Positions 44,908-58,483 are shown, counted from the first letter of the whole stretch. The stretch is 63,991 nt of DNA, filler included, from Asterionella formosa (GCA_002256025.1; 5 parts of 5 records of this genome joined end to end with filler, not necessarily neighbours in it); one strand, 5' to 3'. Numbers and translations: made by a program. Notes: generated by a model from the sequence alone, not told the origin.

Positions 44908-47302
44908 CTAATAGCTACGAACATCAATCCCTTTCCAATCTGCTGGTTGAGCACCTGCCTTCAACCACGCATTGTTGTCTGTACTTTCTGTTGTCATTAG
45001 CGAGCTATGGGATGGAACACGTTCCAGAAGAGTTAGGTTGGAAATTGGAACCTCCTGGTGTTGAATACCTCCTCGATCAGTAAATTCGGCACATGCTTGG
45101 ACATCACGTGCAGTGGGCACGCGGTCGCTGTTATCAATCCTTGATTGAAGGGAAGAGGTTCCGAACAATGCTGAGACAGCAGACGACAGGTAGTTCTGAG
45201 CGCTTTCCTCTTCGTGTATTTGAGAATGTGATGCAGCGTCTTTTGAAATCACCTGAGATATGTGGACTTGATGAGGCTCGCGATGCGTGTACAAAGGACT
45301 CGTGACGCCATCTATGATAGCGACGGCAGTGTTTGTTGTCAGCTTTGATAACCTTTTTTCAAGGCCTTTGGCAAGAACATTAGGTAGCGTCACGGTGTTG
45401 TCCCGGCGCATTTGATACAGAAAATTCCGAACGAAATCTCTGTCATCTCGCCAACGAAGTCCATCTTGTAAGTCATCAAATCCGATGGTCATATTTAGAG
45501 CAGAACCTTCCCAGTGATTCGTTGAGGCATCCAGGCAGCCTCCGTCCGGCTCGGCGTCTGTTACGTTTTTGCTCAATTTTTGGCCAAATTTCATCTTTGG
45601 CTTACTCGTCTCCCTTGAATTCATCACAACGGGTTGAATTGCCGTCGTGTCAGCCTTCTGCAACAACTTGAATGAAGGTTTCACTACTTTTCCAACACGA
45701 CTGTGTTGATTTCTGCGATATCCATTCGCAACCTCTCCCGTTGTCTCCTCAAGTATCCCCTCACTTGCTTCCGAGACGAACCTATCGAAGCTCTCTTTAA
45801 TTTTCTTGTGAAGCTGATCAAATCGGGGCACGATCTATGGGGAAAGGCATGGATATCAGAGCACAAAAGCGAAACAAGTACATCGGAGAACAACAACTTC
45901 TTACCTCCTCAAAACGCCAAAACGGCGATTCGAAACCTTTAATCATCAGGTTTCTTTCTAGCAAGCGAGCAACGTCATGTACATTTTCAATAAAAACTGC
46001 ATCGGCTCTCTCCCATGCTTGGGAAGTAAAAATATCCAGTTGTTCTGAATCAGTGCTTACAACAGATGCGACATCTACCTGATTGTCACCTGCATTCAAC
46101 TGCTTGCCCGTCGAATTTCCTCCCATGTGATCGGAACTCAAGGTATGAGAGCATGTTTGGTCGTGCTCCTCACTTCCGTCTTCTTGGGTGATGGGCAGCG
46201 CTCTAGTGGATCCCCATCGATTCTTACTATCTCTGCGCGATGGAGGATCAAGAGTCAAATCAAGGAAATTTCGAGATAGTTTGGATCGTCCGCACACTTC
46301 TACCTTTGGTGAGATGACTCTTATAGAATACGAAGAGGCAATGCTCATACTATCATCGTCGTCTGTATTTCGAGTTGGAGGCGGTTCATAAATTTCACCG
46401 TCATCATCACCTTCGTGAAAGGAGGTGAGGTCGAGGAAACGCCGAGCCCGCAATTGACTCATTCTTCCTCGATTGGAGCTGCGCCGTCTTACAGAAGAGG
46501 GCTTAAAAGAATTGATGCTGAAAACTGACGTTACACTTTGAAATAAATTAAATGAGCTGGCACTTGTGACCGAATGAAACCTAGACAGTCGAGGCCGCCC
46601 ATTTATCGTCTTGGAGGAGAATTGTTTTTTTGCTTGCAACGGGTGTATAAAAGCAGTGTCAGCTGTGTTTAGGAGGCATATTCCATCAATGAGTGTATTT
46701 TCCATGGTACGGTCAGCTAACAACTGCTTCCTCCAAGTCATGGCATCTTGGTCAATCGCAAGATTCGGATCTAGAAGCGAATTCACTCCTAAACTCAACT
46801 GAGCCTGCGAGCGCGGAGCACCGTTAAAACTGGATGATCTTCGCCGAGTAATTCCGGTCTCCATCATTTGCTGATGTAGCTGTAATTGAGCGAGAAAACG
46901 CCTCGAGTTCTGCCATGACCTCGATATTACCGCGGTACGCGTGTCATCAGATTGTCCGTCGCCACCATCCCAGCAGTCATCGCTAGAATCACTCGCATCT
47001 TCTTGTTGCTCCTCCTCATTATGTCGTCGTCCAGAGACATTTGCAACGCTACTGCTGTAAGCGGCTGGGTTCTTGAGAGCAGCAGTGAAAAACTTCTCAA
47101 CGTCTTGTTTGTTCTCAATATCGTCATCTGCAAGTTTTGATTGAGGCACAGATCTTATTGACGCTTCTTCGTCACCTTGTAACTGATCCGGCGAACAGAA
47201 TGCAACGACCCCGAGTTCGGCATTACCCGTTGTATCGTTCACACTTTCGCGTTGACTTGTTGCTTTTGATGGCTCCTGCTGTCTGTTCGTTCGCCCCGTC
47301 AT
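44908..47302 (-). CDS. Hypothetical Ser/Arg/Asp-rich protein; exons 47302-45905 and 45834-44908
   Basis: A 70-bp intron GTAAGA...CCCCATAG (45904-45835) joins the two long ORFs in frame (WRFEE|IVPRFDQL). Confidence 0.8.
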
Positions 47303-48825
47303 CTTATAGTTCAGTCTAGCAAAACTTCTCTACCCGGTACATAATTTTTTTTAAATGGTTTTTGGTATTTGTTATTTCTCAACACAATCATAAGATACCG
47401 AAAGCAAGGCACTGAAGTGTCTTTAGTCGGTGCGATTAATGGTGACCAGCAATATTTGTCAGTGTGATGATGAGGCGAGGATGGCGTACATACAATATTT
47501 ACACATGATACCATTGCTTTCTACCTGTATGTACTGTACTTTTTCTTCATAGCTAGAAAGGTACACCGTAATTACCGGCAGTCAATGTTCATCATTATAC
47601 AGATATATATATGTGTATGTTTGTACGACGAATTACTACGAAAATTNNNNNNNNNNNNNNNNNNNNNNNNNNNNNNNNNNNNNNNNNNNNNNNNNNNNNN
47701 NNNNNNNNNNNNNNNNNNNNNNNNNNNNNNNNNNNNNNNNNNNNNNNNNNNNNNNNNNNNNNNNNNNNNNNNNNNNNNNNNNNNNNNNNNNNNNNNNNNN
47801 NNNNNNNNNNNNNNNNNNNNNNNNNNNNNNNNNNNNNNNNNNNNNNNNNNNNNNNNNNNNNNNNNNNNNNNNNNNNNNNNNNNNNNNNNNNNNNNNNNNN
47901 NNNNNNNNNNNNNNNNNNNNNNNNNNNNNNNNNNNNNNNNNNNNNNNNNNNNNNNNNNNNNNNNNNNNNNNNNNNNNNNNNNNNNNNNNNNNNNNNNNNN
48001 NNNNNNNNNNNNNNNNNNNNNNNNNNNNNNNNNNNNNNNNNNNNNNNNNNNNNNNNNNNNNNNNNNNNNNNNNNNNNNNNNNNNNNNNNNNNNNNNNNNN
48101 NNNNNNNNNNNNNTTTCCCGATCTCATTGGCGCTCAGACGTTCTTGGTTTTCCTCTTGTTGTTGTAGTTGCATTACTGCCAGAAAAATTTCAGCAGCTGA
48201 GCAAGAAGGATTCGCCCATTATTCCTTTCAGCAGGCAGTTCAGCAAATCCAGAAATATGTCTGCAAATAAAAGACAATTCTGGCAGGACCAGTCCGCAAA
48301 TCGTCAACGGGCTCCCAAAGAGTCATTTTGAAAATGTCAAATTTTCCACTGTTTGCTTGAGTGTTGACATTTTTCGGCTTCCAACTAACTATTTACTACA
48401 AAGTGCATAAAATGAGGACGAATCCCGGATATCTAACGGAAATCTAAATAGGTACCGGTAGGCAATTTCAAAAGCGAAACTTAATTGAATAGAATCACCC
48501 TAGTACCGGTATACAGCCAATCTTCTTACAGTAACAACAATATACTACTAAGTACATACGACGATTTGGGTTTTAAAATCCTTCTCATCATTGGGACAAA
48601 ATGAAACATATCATTACAGTCACCACTACACACTAGGCCGCGAATCCCACATGTCGCATAAATGAGTTTCACCTCATTCATACATAAAGAAGCCAACTGG
48701 GAATAAAATGTGTATTCCTTCCATTACCGGTAGGAATTTCATCTCAAAAAAGTTTGAAACAACAAAACAAGTCGATAGTTCCCCTGAAACACTTCTTGAT
48801 TTTCACTCAATTGAACAATTCTACC

Positions 48826-49659
48826 ATGGCGCGTTTTACGAGTTGTAATGAAATCACATTTTTAAAAGACCCTGACATTGTCATCGAACAATGCACCTTC
48901 GATATTAAGGGCTGGTCGACACAGCACTGCATTGATGCAGCGAACTTGATCGGAGTGCACCAATCAGCATTTTCTGGAATATCTGAGCTCGTCTTTCAAC
49001 GAATTGATTCTGAACAATCTTTCAAAAGAATCGCTTGTCCTTTGGGCTTCTTCTGTGGACCCACATTGAAGAAGGTATCGCTCCAGTTTGAAAATCATGT
49101 TTCATTTCAGAGGAACGACGATCTCAAGAAAGATCCAATAGGACTCACTGGACTTCTGTACAAAGCATCGAACTTGCATTCGTTTGCATTGAAGGGCGGC
49201 GTTTGGTCTATGGCTTCGTTTGAGATGTTAGTCAGCATTCTCAATTACCAGGAGCCATACTACTCGATCAAACGGCTCGCGGCATTGAGTGATTTGACTC
49301 TCGACTTTAAAATGAACGCAGATATGGTTCATTGTCTTGGTGGTTTGATTAAACTTTGCAGTGGCTTGAAGGAATTAACATTGAACATTGGAGATGACCA
49401 TACGGTGTGCTCAATTCTTACTGCTATGCTGTGCAATCTGAATGAAGCGAAATTTATTAGTGGACTGGAAAACAAAAGCTGTCTTTATCTTTTTGGCGGT
49501 GTATACTCAGACGAAGACATTAACACGCTCCATGATCAGTTCGGATACTTCGTTTTAAAGATAGAGAACACCACCGAAGGTCAGGAATTTGATACTGACA
49601 ACGATTACGACTCTCAATTCGATTCTACGCAGCAACTTTTCAAAGATTCCGACTTTTGA
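48826..49659 (+). CDS. Hypothetical protein, possible RNI-like LRR solenoid
   Basis: 277-aa ORF from the ATG at 48826, with spaced motifs ISELVF, LKKVSL, LHSFAL, LSDLTL and LKELTL. Confidence 0.65.
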   Translation: MARFTSCNEITFLKDPDIVIEQCTFDIKGWSTQHCIDAANLIGVHQSAFSGISELVFQRIDSEQSFKRIACPLGFFCGPTLKKVSLQFENHVSFQRNDDLKKDPIGLTGLLYKASNLHSFALKGGVWSMASFEMLVSILNYQEPYYSIKRLAALSDLTLDFKMNADMVHCLGGLIKLCSGLKELTLNIGDDHTVCSILTAMLCNLNEAKFISGLENKSCLYLFGGVYSDEDINTLHDQFGYFVLKIENTTEGQEFDTDNDYDSQFDSTQQLFKDSDF

Positions 49660-49882
49660 ACTTATCCTTCTGACGACTTTCTTCGATGCCCTTTATTGAA
49701 TAATTTCATAAGGGTGGACGTGTGGATGCTGAGAAAAAATTTCCATTAAGAGAGATAAAGTGAATGCGAGGAATTCACCTAAATTAATAGCGAAGCTACT
49801 ATTATTCTCAGTACAATAAAAAGGGATTTTGAAGCACTTTCCCAATGAGAAAATTTCTAATATGAGTTCGTAACGTGCCATT

Positions 49883-51452
49883 TCATTTCGAAATCAATGG
49901 AGCTTGGGCTTCAAAAAGGAATTTCGCATATTCATACAGTTGAATATCGTATACATTGACAGCGAGCACCGATTCGTACTCCTCTGACGTTGTCTCCACA
50001 GCTGGGTGTAAATTTTTCGATTGTGGTTCAAAATAAAACATATTATTCTTGCACGTCTGCGCCACTCGACTTGGAAGTCGCCAACCAAAATAAGTCCCAA
50101 TTCTTCTTAAACTCTCTGTCTTTTCCTCCAATAGACCAATGAAAAACTTCTTCTTTAATATTTGCTTTGCAACATCCAGATGGGACTGATCGATCGGTCC
50201 AACCATGGCTCCCACTAAGGATCTAACCATCCAATTCTCGGAGAAGTCGGTTGCAAATTTCTCTAAACTCATGTCATTGACATCTAGACCAACAGCCGCT
50301 TGTTGATCTGGCATCTTCAAAAAGTAGTATAACGAAACAATTCTATCAATGGGATGTCGAAACATTGCAAACAAGCGTCCCTTATGGTGAACATCAAATA
50401 GTTGTGAAGCTTTACGGATGTGTGACGTAATGACAACATCGACCATACGAGCAGGAATCAATCCCATTTCCGCAGCTCGCTCGATACCTAATGGAGTTGA
50501 GGTATCGACATTTGCGAAGTTCCCAAAGGCTTTACTAATAATTTCCAGTCGCTATGAGGAAATTTGGTGGATAGATGAAATTAGTAGATGATTTCTTCCG
50601 AACAGGGCGAGCGCCTCTCACAATTCTACATACCTCATCCAATTGATGTCCTGCTCCTTGTTCGCAAGCAACAACTCTTCCCATACACATACTCATAATC
50701 AACTTCATCGTGGTTCCTCCACTCCTAGGAATGTGCCAATAAATGGGTGTGTCCATGATTCCAAGTGGCAGATCATCCACGTCACGATACGCATCATACT
50801 CGATTGGGATTGGTGTATCGTCTGGAGCATGTGAGACATATATCTTTGTGGCCGAGTGATGAAACGCTCCATCTAGACTCTTTGCGACGACTTTCCCGTT
50901 AATATGTAATGTGTCAGATGCTTCTGACATGTGTGAATAAAGAACGTAAAATATAAATGCAAGCATCCCGACGGCCACATATAACATATAAGCGGTCTCT
51001 TCCTTCATGTGCTTCTTTGAAGACTTTGGACGAAGGTGTCGAAGGGTGATGCCTTTCGTAACCGAACGGAAACATGTTTGAAGCTGATCCTTCAAAGAGT
51101 GTTTTGGATCCGGTTCGAGACATTTACTAATACTAACAAAACCGTTTTTTTCATTTAAAAGTCGATGATGTTCTGTGTTTCCATGGGACACATCATGATA
51201 ATTAAGCGGAACTGAGCTGTGATCTTGAAACAAGGGCTCGAAATCCACTGAATCTGGATCGATCTCTGCCACATTATAATCTGTATAATCTGTATCCTCT
51301 TGTTCATCGTTATCTCCTTCATCACTTTCGCTATTGTCCAAGTCTTCATCGTCGTCATCCAACTTGGAATCATTTTCGGGCTGATCGTCATCACCGAAAA
51401 TGGCATCCATGAGGTCGTCGACATCAGCGTCGTCGACATCGTTGTTATTCTT
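49883..51452 (-). CDS. Membrane sulfotransferase (Sulfotransfer_2-like) with acidic N-terminus; intron 50633-50552; 5'-truncated
   Basis: PIYWHIPRSGGTTMK, LFAMFRHPIDRIVSLYY, NVYDIQLYEYA. An 82-bp GTATGT..CATAG intron keeps the frame (QLDE|RLEII..NVDTST). Confidence 0.88.
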
Positions 51453-51552
51453 NNNNNNNNNNNNNNNNNNNNNNNNNNNNNNNNNNNNNNNNNNNNTTAA
51501 TTAATTAANNNNNNNNNNNNNNNNNNNNNNNNNNNNNNNNNNNNNNNNNNNN
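51453..51552. other. Artificial scaffold-joining linker
   Basis: N44-TTAATTAATTAA-N44. Confidence 0.97.
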
Positions 51553-54100
51553 GTTGAGCAAGATGGTTTGGAATACTGGTCATGCAGCAGTCCACAAGAA
51601 CCGAAATTATACACATCCTGAGGACCAATTTGATCAATATATGTTCGTTTTGAGAATATCGATATTCGAAATGACGGCACTGGTGATCTCGTGTACATAG
51701 AATAATATGCTGAATATAAATCAGCCTTATATTGGTGGAGAAAGATGGTTTGGAATTTTTTGCAACCACAGCACTGCTGTTCAGTCCACAGCAAGCACCG
51801 AGATTTTACAAACCTTCCCGATGACCAATTTGATCAATATATGTTCATTCTGAAAATATCGCCATGACGGTATTGCTCTCGTGGACATCAAATACTATGC
51901 TGGATAGAAATCGGCCTTATATTGGTGGAGAAAGAAGGTTTGGAATTTTTGTTGCCACAGCACTGATGATCATTCCACAAGCATCCGAAACTTTTACTCA
52001 TCCTGATGCCTCCATTGATCAATATATAGTCGTTCTGAGAATATCGACATTTTTCATGACCATTTTGATCTCGTATACATCGAAAACTTTGCTTGATAAA
52101 AATCGGTCTTAAATTGGTGGAGAAAGATGGTTTGGAATACTGGTCATGCAGCAGTTCACAAGAACCGAAATTTTACACATCTTGATGACCAATTTGATCA
52201 ATATATGTTCGTTCTGAGAATATCGATATTCGAAATGACGGCACTGATCTCGTGTACATCGAATACTATGCTGGATATAAATCAGCCTTTATTGGTGGAG
52301 AAAATTGGTTTGGAATATTTGCAACCACAGCACTGATGTTCAGATCACAGCAAGCACCGAAATTTTTCACACCATCCTGATGACCAATTTGATCAATATA
52401 TGTTCACTCTGAGAATATCAACATTCGCCATGACGGCATTGATCTAGCGTACATCGAATACTAGCTATTCTAGATAGAAATCAGCCGTAAAAGAATGGTG
52501 GAGCAAGATGGTTCGGAATTTCCGTTGCAACAGCACTGGTCATGCAGCAGTCCACAGGAAGCACGACCGAAAATTTACACACCTTCCTGGCTGATGACCA
52601 ATTCGATTTATATATGTTCGTTCTGAGAATATCAATATTCTAAATGACGGCAGTGATCTTGTGTACATCGAATACTATGCTGGATAGATATCGGCCTTCA
52701 ATTGGTGGAGACAGATGGTTTGGATATTTTTGTTTCTACTGCACTGGCTAATGATCAGTCCACAAGCACAGTAAATTTACACATCCTGATGTCTCCTTTG
52801 ATCAATATATGTCCGTTCTGAGAATATCGACATTCGAAATGACAGCATTGATCTCTTGTACATCAAATACTATGTTTGATAAAAATAGGATTTAAATTGC
52901 TGGTTGGAGAAAGGAGGGTTGGAATTCTTGTTGCCACAGCACTGATCACAAGCATTCGAAAATTTTACTCATCCTGATGCCTCCATTGATCAATATATAG
53001 TCTTTCTGAGAATATCGACATTGTCCATGACAACTTTGATCTCCTTTACATCGAAAACTTATGCTTGATAGAACTTAAATTGGTGGAGAAATATGGCTGG
53101 TTTGGAATACTGGTCATACAGCAGTTCACAAGAACCGAAATTGTACACATCCTGATGACCAATTCGATCAATATATGTCGGCATTGATCTCGTGTACATC
53201 GAATACTTTTCTAGATAGAAATCAGCCTTAAAATGGTAGAGCAAGATGGTTAGGAATTTTTGTTGCCACAGGAATTACAATCAGTCCACAAGCACCGAAA
53301 ATTTTATTTCACATCCTGATGAACAATTTGATCAAAATATGTTCGTTCTTAGTATATCGACATTCATTATGACGCCATTTATGTCGTGTTCATCGAATAC
53401 TATGATTGATAAAAATTAGAATTTAATTGGTGGAGAAAGATGGTTTGGAATTTTTGTCGCCACAGCACTGATGATCAGTCCACAAGCATCCGAAAATTTA
53501 CACATCCGGAAGGCTCCTTTGATCAATATAATACGTTCGTTCTGAGCATATGAGCATTCAACACAACTGCATTGATTTTGTGTACATCAAATACTATGTT
53601 AGATAGAAATCTGCCGTAAATTGGTTGAGAAGGGTTGTTTGGAAGTTTTGTTGCTACTGCACTAATGATCAAGCCACAAGTACCGAAAATTTACACACCA
53701 TCCTGATGAGCAATTTGATCAATGTATGTTCGTTCTGAGCGAGCATATCGACATTCGAAATATCGGCATTGATATATCGTATAAATCGAATACTATGCTA
53801 GATAGAAATTGACAATGAATTGGTAGAGAAAGATGAATTGGAAGCTTGGTTGTTAAAGCAGCAATCCTAAAATTTACACATCCTGATGCCTCCTTTGGAC
53901 AATATACGTTCGTTCTGAGCATATCGACATTCAACAAGAAGCCTTTGATTTCGGGTACATCAAATAATATATTAGATAGAAATCGGCATCAAATTGGTAA
54001 AGAAAGAAATGAATTGGAATTTAGATTGCTACAGCACTGGTCATCAGTCCACAGCAAGCACCGAAAATTTTACGCATCCTGATGACGAATTTGATCAATA
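51553..54100. repeat. Diverged tandem satellite, about 14 units averaging ~185-190 bp
   Basis: Recurring TTGGTGGAGAAAGATGGTTTGGAAT...CATCCTGATGACCAATTTGATCAATATATGTTCGTTCTGAGAATATCGACATT...GTACATCGAATACTATG. Runs off the scaffold start. Confidence 0.93.
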
Positions 54101-54864
54101 CTGACTAAGCATGGACTGCTCCAGCTTTTTCTGAAGTACAATGTACAAAAATTTAGTACAAAATGAATGTTGGTGAGGAGGACCATCCGCGCCAGTTTTC
54201 TTAAGAAGAAGCAGCTGCTGGAATGAAAGGAACAAAATATCACATTCATGGTAAAATGAAATCATTGTTATTGTTTTTATTGTCGTTTTTGTCATCTTTT
54301 CTGCTATCATGGTTGTGTTCTCGCTGTTCTTATCGCTGTCCCTGCTGTTTCTGCTGTCATTTTTCTTGTTCTTATTCTATTGTTCTTTTGTTGTGGTTAC
54401 TGTGGCTGTATACCCTTCTCTTCCTTGGTGTTCCTCGCCTGCATTTGAACTTGAACATGCATTGTTTGATATGGAATGTAAAAAGGTCTTGTTTGTTAAA
54501 AACCAGCCATCATCTGACTCTGTGAATCTTGTTCTTAGCTTCCAGATAACAAGAAGGACTCTGTTGTGGGCCGGTTCCTCTGAAAGAAACAGGCAGGCAT
54601 TTTTTGTTTCTCCTTGCTTGTCATCACAGAAAGGATGCATCTGAAAGTTCGAGAAATTATGGTAAGCAGTTAATATTTTGGGATATGGAAACAGGTCTTT
54701 TGTCACATTGCTGTTGTTCTTTTTGCTGTTGCTCTGCGCCGTTGCTTGTTTTCTTCGTCTTGTGTTTGGAACTATGTTTGATTGCTGTTGTAGTTCCTTT
54801 ACCTCAATTTCGTTCTTCCTCTTACTTGTGCCGTTTGGAATTGGAAAAGTGGTCAGTCATGAAC

Positions 54865-55548
54865 ATACTCTGCAAACCTTGTTCTTTTTCTACAGACAAT
54901 CAATCTGTTTTTGGCAGGGCAGGGTTGAACCTTGGGAATAATGAAATGCGTCGTGCTCTGCCTGTGTCAGGTTGGCTATCCTTTGTCAGGCAGGCTATCA
55001 ATCATTTGTTATTCGCATTGTTGAAAGGATTCCTCTGGTGCATAGGGGACAAATGTAAACATGGTAAGCAAGTGCAATGTTTTCTTGCCTTGCTTCTGCT
55101 GATATTGTTTGCTGTTGCTTATTGTGGGCAGATCTCCTCTCCTATTCTCCTTCGTCTTTGTTCGGAATTGTTAGCGCAGGCATTGCCTATTGTAATAAAT
55201 TAGAAGAAGGGCTTGATTTTGTGCTTGTTACTAATTTACTCTGCAAACGCTGTTCTTTGTCTACAGACAATCAATCTGTTGAGCAAGGGATTTGTTGTGA
55301 ATCAGGCGGCATGGTAAGCACAACAAGAACAATGCCTTTGTAACAATTGTTTGTCCATGAACTCACTCTGCGACCTTTTTTTACTGATTGCAGACAATCA
55401 ATTTGATGAGGGCTAGGTTGGACATTGGGGAACATGGTAAGGAGCACACAGAACCGAAATCATGGCTTTGCAACTTATTTTTCTCATCAACTCACTCTGC
55501 AAATGCTGTTACCCTCTTGTTTCTACAGCAGACAATCAATCTGATCAA
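54865..55548. repeat. Four dispersed ~45-55 bp repeats ACTCTGC...CAGACAATCAAT(C/T)TG
   Basis: Copies near 54867, 55239, 55365 and 55494. Confidence 0.65.
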
Positions 55549-55859
55549 TGAGAATGAGCAGCCGGCTCATTTGCTATGAATTGATCTACCAATAGTAGCA
55601 ACAGGGACTCCTGCAAGTATGAGTAGCCAGGCAATCTTGTGAGTTGTTACAGCATCCAGCTGCAAGAATGAACATCCGTTCATATATATTGTATGATGCA
55701 TCATATTTTTTTGTGATTTCATACCCTTATATTATGTATGTAGCTAAATTCGTCATATTGGGCCACCCAAATAATTAATTTGGGTGATCATATTTGACTA
55801 GCGTTTTTTTTGTGGCGGCTGTATCATTAATCGGCGTTGTAGATGTTGGTGTCCCAACC

Positions 55860-56850
55860 TGAACGATTTGTAAGGGCGGCTGTCATTGTGTTAGCAAATG
55901 TGTCTGGTGTCATAATGTTTGTTAGCAGCAAGAAAGACGGTTGATCCTGGTTGACAGGAAAATCCATTTGTATCTTTGAGTGGCATAGGTTGCTAAAGGG
56001 CCAGTCAAAGGTGCAATGTAACTTAGTGTGTCAGTGGCTATGATGGGTAGGTGGTTATTGTTATCCAGGCTCCCCCAGCAGTTTGCAGCCCACAGCCAAG
56101 TGAGAAGTTCCTGGCATTTGTTTGTGCAATTATCTTGCCGGACGGCTCCCCCAACCTCGTTCCAAGCCTGTGCAGCGGAGATTTGTCGACCCACCAGTAT
56201 AGCAGCATACTGGGGGGGAAGAAAAACTGAGTTCTGTACGGTGACCCATTCAGTGAATGGTTTATACATAGGATCCCCATTTGCATCAGTCATGGGATCC
56301 ATAAACTCGCCATGTTCATCGGCATTGGGTCCCCAATTTGTGATAGTTTCGTCCATGGTTGGTAGTGTTGGTACATCCACAGATCCAGCTACCGCAAATA
56401 TGTCTGGATCAACCATCACAAGAGGTATCTGGTGCGATGTGATATCACCAAGAACGCTGAACACTTTTTGATCCCAAGGAGTGACAGTGGTGAAGGATGC
56501 GGGAAATCAAAAAACGCGGTGAAGACAAGAAACCTTAACTGTATCATTGATTCGGAGCGCAACTGCAAAGGCTTGATGCATGGTTTCCCCTGCACTGACT
56601 ACTTTGCTGACAAACTGTTTTGCGCTGAGAACATTTGGACCCGTAGCAGAGAAGATGTCATAGATGCGACGATATTTGCCATCAAGATGGTCGAAGTCAT
56701 GATCCAGCAAGTGATCAGCATATCCTTTAGATGCAGACACCATGATCTCCAAAAGTGACTGAAGCTGGTTCCTTTGTTGTTGCAGATGTTCTTTGTAGAT
56801 ACGTATGTATAGAATTTGCCGCCTGCCGGATTATAAGGAGGGTTCAAAAA
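55860..56850 (-). mobile_element. Degenerate gag-like ORF1, probably from a tyrosine-recombinase (DIRS/Ngaro-like) retrotransposon
   Basis: LHRVF..TPWDQKVFSVLGDI..QIP..VPT..VFLPPQYAAILV..AWNEVGGAV..CQELLTWL resembles diatom ORF1s I associate with YR elements. RT and YR are not present here. Confidence 0.45.
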
Positions 56851-57329
56851 TGCAGTACTATGTTCTCCTTGTTGTTCCTTCTTTTTATCCGGTTCAAGTC
56901 TGGACTGGCAAACAGGTATCTCGAAGGTGCAGTCCAGGCGCTCTGGTACCAGATGACCATTAGCTAAAGAGTAGATGGTATCGGGGTATACTGTGTACTA
57001 TTGGCAATACACCAGTGTGCCCTACAGAGTATCTGGTGTCGAAATGAAATTGAGAAGTACTGCAGTGTGACGACGATGCCAACGGATGAGTTTGCTTTAT
57101 TTGAATGACCTTCTCTGGGTTATTGACACAGTGTTATCCTTCCGTAGGTTCCTGAGCTTGCTTTCGGAGTCAGCACTCCTGGCTGCTCGAACCAGTCTTC
57201 CTTAATATTTCACATCAGGTTGCTTTCGAAGTCAGCGGTTTTGGTGGAATTATGAGATCTCTGTTTTGTTCAACTGCCAAGGAATTCTGTACGTGTGGGT
57301 GTGAGAACGGTGTTGCTGCGTCACTCACT

Positions 57330-58280
57330 TCCCAGGCCACAGTATGTGTACCTTCAGGATGTACCGGGCAAGGGCCACAATAATCATGGTACCTGGTACG
57401 TACGACTGGCTTGTAGAGCTTGATGAAGAACAGTTGCCTGACAATCCCATGCGCGACCGGCTGCATTGACAATAGCACGCGCTCTTCCATGACCACTTGG
57501 TGTAAAATTATTGTCGAAGAATTGACGACTGACACGCTCGTTTTCATGACGCATCACACGATTGCCTTCAGCAATACAAAGACGATTTTGTGTGATTGTT
57601 TGAAAACAGTTCTTGGGAAGGTGCTTGTTTTGATCTTTAAACGACTGTTGACTGTCAAAGTAAGCGAGAACCGAGCGACTTGATTGGTCTGAAGTTTTAG
57701 CATGCTTCAATTCAAACTCTTATTGCCACTCATTGGGCATAGATCGGATGATGATAATCGGCATATCTTCTTTTGACAATGCGTTTTGATCTTCTGGATG
57801 AGGCATTAGTTGAAGTAGCCTGTTTTATGTTTTAATACGAGCTCCAAACTCCATTACCAACATAGAGAAGGGTTTAGATACTAGTAAGTAGCGTAGCATC
57901 CATTGTCATTGACATTGAAAACTCTCGTTTGGTAAACGATCATCTAACCATAAAACCATCGCTTCATCAAAACCATCGTAGGATTGATCTTCTGGGTGTG
58001 CTTCAACATTCAACCAATCTGATAAGGCAATGTTGGTCAAACACCTTTTAAAGTAGGAAAAAGTATCTGCAGGGCTAAAGGCACATGTGTTAGCCATGTC
58101 ATGAAATTAATTCACTCCAATCAACAATTCTTCCACAGAGCTTCCATTGATCATATCTTGATCAAACGATTCAAACCTTCCACCGGCTAAAGCAACTCTG
58201 AATGTTTTAGTCTTGATAGTCAATACATTGTGATCTTTGATCAAAGGAATAACAGGAACCCTTGAATACATTACAATGTT
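57330..58280 (-). mobile_element. Degenerate Ty3/gypsy gag
   Basis: FSYFKRCLTNIALSDW, KPFSMLVMEFGARI..NRLLQLMP and a terminal CPVHPEGTH knuckle-like motif. Contains stops and frameshifts. Confidence 0.55.
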
Positions 58281-58483
58281 TGTTTTGTTCTAATTGGACT
58301 CTTTTTGAATTCAAAGTGTATGGTCTCCTCAAGCAAATATAGAGTAGTTTTAAAGTGCAAAAGAAATTCAGTTAATTTACAATATCGAATAAATCTATAT
58401 GATCATATGCATAACCAAAAAAGCAATACTAACACAAGGCTTCTTCTACCAATTCTAATTCTGCAAAAGGGTTACTCTTACAT

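Noticed and set aside
51553..54100. Satellite as a hammerhead-ribozyme array (CTGATGA...CGAAA recurs) or as a CRISPR array
   Set aside because: The base after CTGATGA (C or T) cannot pair with the C before GAAA, and I found no stems II/III. Whole units are homologous, so there are no unique spacers, and no cas genes are present.
54095..55579. Several Cys/Leu-rich short ORFs
   Set aside because: Low-complexity TG-rich sequence with no recognisable domain; likely decayed repeat DNA.
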